Made by a program: the position numbers and the translations under genes. A DNA stretch of 64,000 nucleotides from Octopus vulgaris (taxonomy: Eukaryota). The stretch spans positions 84,072,001 to 84,136,000 of the forward strand of contig OX597818.1 of assembly GCA_951406725.2 (NCBI GenBank), written 5' to 3'. Numbering within the stretch: the stretch's first letter is position 1; every line of letters starts with the position of its first letter. Shown here piece after piece: positions 54,115-64,000 of this stretch. The notes below the pieces were generated by a model, which was not told the DNA's origin, did not search any database, and worked only from the letters and a program-made list of their open reading frames with translations.

Positions 54115-55282
54115 GGGATCTTTTCTATTCTGAAGCCAGTTTTTTCAAATTTTTCCTACTGAACCAAACAATTTGAAACTTCGTATACTGGTAGAATGTG
54201 TCAAAAGTAAACTTAATTGTAAACCAGAATGAAAACGGAATTGTAACTTCTAAGTTTAACGTTGTTTAATAATTAGAATTTTAACCAATGATATTCCGTC
54301 ATTCGGCTTTATTTTATTTACTCCGTCTCGACCACCAATTTCGTGACGTATTAAACATCTTAAATGTAAACAAGCTATAGTCAGCCACCTTCTAATAACA
54401 AAAGTTTGTCTTTGAAGTTACCGTCTAGGGGAAGCATTGATGTACATGTGTGTGTGTGTGTGTTTGATGGGGTGTGGGAGACAGTATGTTGTGTAAGTGA
54501 AGTGCTTCTGTTAGTGTGTGTGAAGAGACAGAGAGAGTAATGTGTGAAAGAGGGAGATAACTGAAATTTTTTACTCGGTGTATGTGTATATGCCTGAATG
54601 TATGTGTGTATGTATCTGTGTATGTATGTATGTATGTATGGCCGATTCAATGTAATTTTTTACACATACTTACACACACACACACACATACATACACACA
54701 CACATGCAGACATACATATACACATACACCGAGTAAAAAATTATATATATATATATATATTAATTTATAAAAATATGGTAAAGTAAAAAAATTACTTAAC
54801 CACACACCGAGCTTTTTAGAAATAGCAGCCAAAAATTTCTCAACTGCAAGAAAAAGTCTCCCAGACAATGCATACTCAGAAATAATTCACATACGTATAA
54901 GAGAAAAACAACGAAAAATCACATAGATTCTCCGATATATGTTATAAAAATATGGATTCTCCGATATAATTTATAAAAATATGGTAAAGTAAAAAAATTA
55001 CTTTACCACACACAAAACTTTTTAGAAATAGCAGACGTCACAAAACTGCTTTCAACGTCACACTAACAGATCGCAGTAACGTTTTAGATATGAAAACAAA
55101 CAATCTCATTGGTTAAAATTCGCAGTTTTAATCTACGATTAAAGTCATAAAATAGATTTTTCTCAAATAAACTAGTTCCAACTGGCGAATAAACTAGTTC
55201 CACTCTATGAGTACACAAAGTTTCAAATTATTTAGTTAACTAGAAAGATCTGGGGTCCTGGCCACAAATTTGAAAAGATCCC
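54115..55282. mobile_element. Non-autonomous DNA transposon with GGGATCTTTTC termini
   Basis: TIR GGGATCTTTTC...GAAAAGATCCC. Subterminal inverted pairs AATTTGAAACTT/AAGTTTCAAATT and AATTTTAACCAATGA/TCATTGGTTAAAATT. GTGCGT flanks both ends. Confidence 0.75.
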
Positions 55283-56785
55283 GTGCGTGTATGTGTGTAG
55301 GGGGATGTATATGTGGGTTCATTTATGTGAGAGTGTATGTATGTGCGTGTATGTGTGCTTTTGTATGTGTTTGTGTGTATGTGTGCATGCGCGGATAGGT
55401 GTATATTGTGTATGTATATCTGTCGGTGTGTATGTGAGTTTGTGTGTGTTTTTACGCGTGTATGTGTGTGTGAGTGTATATATATATATATATATATATA
55501 TATGTAAATGTGTGTGTGTGCGTGTGTGTGTGTACGTGCGTACGAGTGAATGTATGTATATATGTGTGCGTGTGTGTACAATGTAGGGGCTTATATGTGT
55601 GTTTATATGTATGTGTGTATGTGTATGTATGTATGTATATATATGCGTGTGTGTATGTATGTATGTGTGTATGTGTGTGTGTATATGCGCGTACACACAC
55701 ACGCACACTCACACATACACACACACAAACATATATACATGTGTATATGTGCTTTGTGTCTGACCCCAGAACTGGTCGACAACCAGTTTTGGTGCGTTTC
55801 CAACCCCGTAACTTAGCGGTTCTGCAAAATAAACCAATAGAATAAGTACCAGGCTTAGCAAAAACATTAAGAACTGGAGTCGATTCATTCGACTAAAATC
55901 TCTTCAAGGCGGCACCCCAACAGGGCCGCAGTCTAATGAGTGAAACGTGTAAAAGATAAAAGATATATGTAATATTGTCTAGTAATTTGTTAATGCTCTG
56001 TGTTTTTTACACGATGAATGTAAGAGATGTAACGTTTTGGACAAAGTTCATTAATGTCCAATAATTCACATGACCACTTAATCTTATTACTTTGTGTCTA
56101 TGAACAAAAATGAGTTGTACCTACATTTCAATGCGTCAGCCTTGTCACATTCTGAGTCATTTTGAACATCCCTGAGACCTACATTAAGGGCATATGTGTT
56201 TGTGGAGTGCGCTGCCACTTGCACGTAAAGTTAACGAGCAGGCTGTTCCATTGATCGAATCAGCTCGAATTCTCATTATTGTAACTAACAGATTGCTAAG
56301 ACATATACAAATTTAGCTGCTTACAATCTGCTTACACAGACAATTTCATTAGAATGCCAGAGTTATGGGGAGCGTCGGGCATTACTTGAGAGTATTCTGA
56401 AGTACTCCATTCTTTTTCATATAGCTCAAGTAATAAATGCTTTGATATAGATCATTCTGGTAGGCGCCCTATTACTCGTATGATTCGGGACCGCCAGGTA
56501 AGTGTGTTTGGTTATGTTCCTTGATTTTCTTAGTAGAATTCTGAGTATTGTGCGATTTTCTTTGAGGATCTGGTTGGGGTGACGGCACACTCTCGTGGTC
56601 AGTAATACCTTGCATGATCCCGACAGATTAATTAGGAAATATTACGCAGAGATGGAGACCTGTCAGGGACAATGGTCGGAGGCTTTGCAGGTACGAATCA
56701 AGCCAATACCGATATATGGTATATAGAGTCATGCAACAACGGCTCATGTTCACATACTTTACCTGGCATAACCTATAAATCATTG

Positions 56786-56821
<36 letters not shown>

Positions 56822-56874
56822 TCATATATATACATATATATGCGTGGATGTATATTCATATATATGTGTGTGCG

Positions 56875-56968
<94 letters not shown>

Positions 56969-57091
56969 TATATATATGTGTGTGTGTGTGTTTGTGCGCG
57001 TGTGTGCTTATATACATGTACATATACACATATACACATATATATATATATACACATATATATGTACGTATATATATATATGTATATATGT

Positions 57092-57149
<58 letters not shown>

Positions 57150-57254
57150 ACATATATACATACATATATACATATATATACATATATACACTTATATACA
57201 TGTATATATGTGAATATACATAAATAATAATACTGATGACAATGATGAAGATAT

Positions 57255-57471
<217 letters not shown>

Positions 57472-58076
57472 AAACTGCATGCAATAAATATTATTGAATG
57501 CTGACGAAACTGAATGTTTCCAATCTAGTTGAAACGAGAAAATATTTATCGACCAAATCAGTTTCGCCTGCGGTTATAGATGGTGTTGTCTGTCTAGCTC
57601 GTTTCGATTATCTCTGTCTGTGTATACGTGTGTATGCGTGTGTGTGTTCTTTTATTCTTTAACTTGTATTAGTCATTAGACTGCGATCATGCTGGGGCTC
57701 CGTCTTAAAGAATTGCAATCGAACGGATTGGCTTCAATGCTTGTTTTTTTAAAGCTTGGTACTTATTTGATCGGTGTCTTTTGTCGACTCGCTATGTTAT
57801 GAGGGCGCAAAAACATCGACAGCGGTTGTCAAGCGGTGGTGGGGGAGAAACACACACACAAACACACTTGCTTCATGCTGTAGTAGAAGACACTTGCCCA
57901 AGGTACCATGCAGTGTGACAGAACCCGGAACCATGTGGTCAGGAAGCAAACTTCTTATCACACAGCCACTCCTCCACCTATGTGTATGTATGTATGTATG
58001 TAAGTATGCTTCTATGTATGTATGTATGTATGTATGTATGTATGTATGTATGTATGTATGTATGTATGTGTATGTC

Positions 58077-58612
58077 AGGTCACTTTCGAGTGCTACTGGT
58101 AACATCTAACCCAGTACTACCTGTTGCATGGTCGGGTAGTCGGCGACTAAACCGGCAACCCCACCAAGCTCGCTTGGTGAGGTCACCCTGCGAGATGAAA
58201 AACAAAACCCGTCAAAGAGCGGAGGAACTCTTGAGAGTCAACGGCCATCCAATAAATGCCTTAGGCTGTATAATGCGCGGGGACATAGAAATAATCGGAT
58301 TGAATACCCGATCGCGCAGTTAAACCATTGGGAGTGAAGTACTCCTAGCCTTTGTCAGGGCATCCTTCTAGGAGAAGGCAACTCAGGTAACTGGGATAAC
58401 TCCGACATAAAACCTGCGGCTCAGTGGTTACCGATGATGTTGACTTGTTCTTCTTTTCGGATTATGGCTGCTGTTGCTTAGTGAGTGAGATTGACTCAGT
58501 GCTCCGCCTTTCCTCACTTAAAAAAATATCTTCGTGCACAGGCATTGCACGATAACAACATTGATTAAGCTTCGTGCAATAGCCATACTCGATAACGAGG
58601 GAGCAGCCACCA
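58077..58612 (+). mobile_element. Short non-autonomous RTE-derived element (5' UTR-like) in (TATG)n
   Basis: GC-richer block between TATG tracts. GGGCATCCTTCTAGGAGAAGGCAACTC resembles the motif of RTE 5' UTRs. No credible ORF. Confidence 0.5.
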
Positions 58613-59271
58613 TGTATGTATGTATGTATCTATGTATGTAAATGTTAATCTTACATAATACATAACTATAGACAGTAATATATATACGTAGGTAGAGCGT
58701 GCAGATTCTCCATAATCGTGGAGATGTCGTGTGCTAAAATATTTTGTTCTGAAGATAAGACAGAGAACGTCTTGAAGCGTACGTGAAAGAAAATAAGGAA
58801 AATCTATTTGGCATGTACCTTGGCACAAAATCTTAGACATTGAATGACACCTGCTGAAATCTTAACAAATAACAGAGTATATATACTCTAGTATTATGTA
58901 TTGAGTTCTGCGTTCTTGTCAGTAAAATTAAACATCACGGTGTCGACCACATAATTGGATGTTGTTATATGTTGCTGATCACGAAGCGCTTCGTATTATT
59001 TTAGCTTTAGAATGGTGTCAGCCGGTGTCTAGGCAGACAGGCGAAAATCTCCTGCTGAAAGGAACGTTAGTTCGTCGCAGAGTCACTCCTTTTGTAGCTG
59101 AGTGGATTGGTGCAATGAGATATGAAGTGCATTGTTGAAGAACACTGTCAGTGCGTGTGTGTGTGTATGTGTGTGCATGTGTGTGTGAGAGTGTATGGAG
59201 AGAGAGAGAGATAAAAAGAGACAGAGATATGACTATTAACATTGTTATAGAGATTAGCAGCGATATGTAGA

Positions 59272-59496
59272 CAGTAATCCCTCACCATATCGCGGTTCGC
59301 CAGTCGCACACTCAGTACATTTTGGTTCACATATCACGCACTCAGTACATCGCGGATTTTTCTGGCTAATATCTGTAAACTTATACCGCGGATTCCTCAG
59401 GTTTCTACGGCCGACACGTATTTATGCATTTTAGATTTTAAGTATTTCTGTGGGAGGTTTTTGAACGTAACACCCGCAATAGTCGAGGGATTACTT
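59272..59496 (-). mobile_element. pogo/Tigger-type MITE (same family as 20001-20334)
   Basis: CAGTAATCCCTCACCATATCGCGG ... CCCGCAATAGTCGAGGGATTACT. Confidence 0.75.
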
Positions 59497-59525
59497 TACA
59501 GTAAAGGTGACATAGGCACAAATGC

Positions 59526-60230
59526 AGGGTGGGCCATAATGATGGAACAGATTTTAAGTGATAGTATCTTGGATTTAAAAAATGACATTGAGTACCAAAT
59601 ACATTTATTACATAACGGATATACAGGAATTCAATGTATTATGTAAGATTGTATTAGTTTGAAGGTAGTTGACGTTGATGACCCTCATAATGTTGAGGTC
59701 TCCAAAAGAAATTTCATACGTGATCGAAGCATATCTCGGCAGCCAAAGATCCATCTTTGAAGCCCAAAGAAAATTACGACAGTATTTTGGAAAGCGACAG
59801 ACACCATCCTGAAATGTGATCCTACGTGCTGTTACAAACTTCCGTGAGACAGGACGAACATGGTGCAACTGTAATGGTAGTTGCTGAGCGCTACAACCAT
59901 ATCATGAAGAACTTCTTTTCCTTGTTACAAAGGCTTGCCCTGAATCTGATGTAGATCCAAGAATATGGTGCCACAGTCATACAACTGTCAATGACAATTC
60001 TTCCAGAACAATTCTCCAAGCATCGCATTTCGAGATTTGGTGATATCCGCTGGCCATCCAGATTACCGTGGACTATTTTCTTTGAGGTTCCTTCAAGAAT
60101 AGGGTATACGCGTGAAGGCTCCACACAGCAACAGAACTAAAACAAAGCATCCGTTGAGAGAGTTCAGCCATTCAAGTTGATATGCTAAGTCGCGGTGTGT
60201 TTGATATGAGAAAGCGAGCTCGTAAATCTC
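59526..60230 (-). mobile_element. Possible decayed mariner-type transposon
   Basis: CAGGGTG terminus at 59526. Minus strand FQDG...LWLPRYASITYEISFGDL resembles FQQDGA...WPPRSPDLT..DF.LWG.L. Confidence 0.35.
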
Positions 60231-60262
60231 CAGGTGTAATATTCAAATCTTAGATAATATAT

Positions 60263-61790
60263 TTATTTCTCTATTACCCATAGGGGCTAAACATAGAGGG
60301 GAAAAACAAAGATAGACAACGGATTAATTCGATAACCTCGACTCCAGGACGTAACTGGTAGTTATTTAATCGACCCCGAAAGGATGAAAGGCAAAGTCGA
60401 CCTCGGCGGAATTTGAATTCAGAACGTAACGGTAGACGAAATACCACGAAGCATTTCGCCCGGCTAACGATTCTGCTAGCTCGCCTTAACTCCTGTTATG
60501 TAATGAATATATTTGGTACTCTATGCCACTTTTATAATCCAAGATACTATCATTTAGAGTGTGTCCCATCATTATGACCTCCCTATGTATTAGTGATAGA
60601 AAATGTTAGGGATTAAGGCAGTTACAGTAACTTCTCCATCGTTTAAAATTGCATCTTCCTAACTCGATAAACCAAACCTAAGAAGATCTGTACATCTATT
60701 CTAAAATTACTGAACAAGAGAAACTGAAAATAGAGAGAAAAACTAAATAAATATAGATACAGAGACAATGAAACTGTAAAAAAGAAAATAAATTAAAGGT
60801 CAATGACTGTATGTAGTAGTTGCAAAAGAAATAAAATGATTGTTGCAAAAGATATAAAACGAGTCTATTTCCTCCAAATTTGAATAATTATTAAATCTGG
60901 TTAGCATTAAATTGTTACATTCTTTATTATCTTCTCTTAAAAACTCTAGAAGTAAATGCATAGCAAGGGTATAATATTAATACTCATGTTCGCTTCAAAT
61001 TTTAACACAGGGCCAGTAGTTTCAATTGGTACTTATTTTATCGACTCCGAAACGATAAAAGGAAGAGGCAACCTTTGTAGCTTTTGAACTCAAAGAGTAA
61101 AATCGAAAGAAATGCCGCTAAGCCTTTTATATTTTTCGGTGTGGTAACGATTCTGTCAGCTCTCTACGAATATCGTTTTCAAATTTTGGTACAAGGTCAG
61201 CAAGTTGGGGTAGGGGTTAGTCGATTAAATCAACCGCAGGGCTCGACTGATAGTTTTATTTATCAACTCCTGAAAGGATAAAAGGCAATGTCGACTTCGG
61301 TCGCATTTGAAATCATGGCGCAAGGATGGACGAAATGCTGCTTATTCATTTTGCTCGGTACGGTAATGATTCTGCCATCATGCTGCCTAATAGTGACACT
61401 AATTTTATAGTTTATATAAGGCGACAAAGTGGCAGAAACGTTAGCACGCCGGGTGTTTGCCGTTACGTTCTGAGTTCAAATTCCGCCGAGGTCGGCTTTG
61501 CCTTTCATCCTTTCGGGGTCGATAAATTAAGTACCATTTACGCACTGGGATCGATGTCATCGACTTATTCCGTTTATCTGTCCTTGTTTGTCCTCTCTAT
61601 GTTTAGCCCCTTGTGGGTAGTAAAGAAATAGGTATTTTGTCTGTCTTTACGTTCTGAGTTCAAATTCTGCCGATGTCGAATATGCCTTTCCTCGATTTGG
61701 GGTCGATAAATTAAATACCAGTTGCGTACTGGATCGATCTGATCGACTGGCCCCCTCCCCCAAAATTTCGGGCCTTGTGCCTAGAGTATA
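60263..61790. mobile_element. Family B SINE copies (60263-60487 minus; ~60993-61385 minus, two degenerate; 61418-61790 plus, dimeric)
   Basis: Family B core and tails as at 12146-12747 and 16460-16855. Confidence 0.85.
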
Positions 61791-62459
61791 AAGTAATGTT
61801 ATAGTTTATATTAATGGAAAGCATTACGATGCAGAACGGCATGTCCAATAGTTCAATGACGGCATCCATTGACCAGCTTGGTGCACATTCACATAAACGC
61901 TCCATAAGGGTGAAGCGACATGGCATCGTGGTTTTGGTTTCTATTTCTGGATCCAGTGATAGGTTGTGCTCTTGAGCAAAACACTTCATTTCACGTTGTT
62001 ACGGTCCCCTCGGCAGTAAGTGAGTAATCCTCGACAAAATAGAGTCCAGTTTAGAGAGAGTGTCGTTATCTTGATTACTTATACGCTATAGGCCTGCTCG
62101 CCGAACTCGAGATAGCATCATCTGAAATTTACAATAACGCTAGGAAGCGCATTGTGACTGGCGATATATAACGGTATCATAAAGTCTTATTGATGCATTT
62201 ATAGTGACTCTACAAGGATGCATTTTCTACCAAGACAATTACTGCAGCGAAAATGTTTCCACGTTTAACCCCTTTGCCTTCACATTATTGTAATGCTTAT
62301 ATATTCACATTGTTTCAAATCAATTATGTTTTATCTCATAGCTTCAAGATTTTGATGATGTGATTGCTTGCTTTTAGAATTACAGGTTGAATACATCTGG
62401 CCAGTTTGAAAATAAAACGGATCAAATATTCGAACCATATATTACTTTACATTTACTTT

Positions 62460-62646
62460 ACTTTTACTTTTATTTGTCTCAGTCATTTGACTGTGGCCAT
62501 GCTGCAGCACCGTTTTTAATCGAGCAAATCGACCGCAGGACTTATTTTATTGGTCTCTCTTGCCGAACCTCTAATTGACGGGACGTAAACATACCAGCAT
62601 CGGTTGTCAAGTGTTGTTGGGGGGACAAACACAGTCACCCATGCAT

Positions 62647-62693
<47 letters not shown>

Positions 62694-62858
62694 CGACGGG
62701 TTTCTTTCAGTTTCCGTCTACCAAATCCACTCACAAGGCTTTGGTCGACTCGAGGCTATAGTAGAAGACACTTGGCCAAGGTGCCAAGCAGTGTGACCGA
62801 ACCTGCAACAATGTGGTTGGTAAGCAAGCTACTTACTACGCAGCCACTCCTGCGCCTA
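62460..62858 (-). mobile_element. SINE family C copy
   Basis: Colinear with 10237-10641. Confidence 0.9.
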
Positions 62859-63791
62859 TGGCCTCTTTCAATGCTGAATAATTAAAGGTATTTGAACTAG
62901 CCAAATATAAATGTAAACGGCTTTTAGCTTTTTACTTAATATTGGTTTCAGCTTGTGGCAGAAGGCCAGATTCTCGTCGGAGAGATAAGTCGATTACCCC
63001 CGTGCTCAACTCGTACTTATTTCATGGACTCCGAAAGGATGAAAGACAAAGTTGACATCGGTGGAATTTGAACTCGGGACATAAAGATGGAGAAAAAGCC
63101 GCTAAGCATTTTACCCGGCGTGCTGATGCTTCTGCCATCTCACCGCCATTGTTTTTACTAATATTATTTTCAAATTTTTCCCACCAAAATATTAAAAGCA
63201 GTCTCCGGACATTTGTCGGTCTTTATTTTGTCCTCATCAGCACAGCTTCAACTTTAATGATTTTGCAGTAGTTTTCAGAGAAAAATTAGGTGTATAGTAC
63301 TGTATATTTATTAGTACAGAAAAATATAATTATTCTATAGTGAATTCGTTACCTCTTTTCGTACTATCGAACATCTTAAATATTTTGTTTACTTGGAGTT
63401 CTAAACTACTTCCGGCAAAATATGAATGGAATGTATGAGTCATAACAATAGACAAAAGAGCTCTAAACCAGTAGTTTATCTGCCAATCACTTAACATAAA
63501 GTCGGAATGTATATATTTAAAGAAATGCAAATGTTTTAAATATGTGAATATTATTTCATATTTTGAGAAAGCTGTCAGTATTTTTTCTTTCCCTTATAGC
63601 TACAAGCTTTTTCTGTATATTTTAATAATTAGGTGTCTGTAACGTTATAGTTCTATGCAAATACCCATAGATTTACACATGCGCACACACGGTCACTCAC
63701 CATCCCTGTCATCATCATCATTGTCCTCTTCATCATCATCGTCGTCATCGTCGTCGCTGTCATCAGCATCCTCTCTCCTTTACGCACACGC

Positions 63792-63860
<69 letters not shown>

Positions 63861-64000
63861 GTCTCGATTACTACGACCAGCTCTACTGTGTACCTTTGAA
63901 TACTATGCGTAACTGTTACAAGTGAAATAACTGGTGCCATGATTATATAATTGTGTTGTACTTAAACTCTGAAACTTACGTTAGCAATAAGACTCTGCTG

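Overview
This is a repeat-saturated, AT-rich eukaryotic window with no host protein-coding exon that I can support. Most ORFs in the track are translations of (TA)n, (TACA)n, (CA)n, (TAA)n, (GAT)n and similar microsatellites. The microsatellite load and the tRNA-derived SINE families point to a cephalopod, most likely Octopus (inference from recognition, not a search). Recognisable content: about five modular tRNA-SINE families; fragments of non-LTR retrotransposons from several clades (L1/Tx1, RTE, R4/Dong-type RLE, CRE-type RLE); Penelope-like termini with minimal hammerhead ribozyme (HHR) motifs; and Tc1/mariner, pogo/Tigger-type, hAT and Helitron remnants or MITEs. The most notable items are: (1) a 355-bp, highly structured, retrozyme-like unit with a type I hammerhead, bounded by 21-bp direct repeats (30588-30963); (2) a ~1.7-kb ORF1-only ('half-LINE'-like) element with a cryptic CCHC knuckle, arranged head-to-tail and sharing its 3' tail with a SINE family (1-1815); (3) a 464-bp spacer-less palindrome carrying an HHR on each strand (13646-14109); (4) apparent partitioning of retroelement families among different microsatellite targets. 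All calls were made by eye, and coordinates of degenerate elements are approximate.
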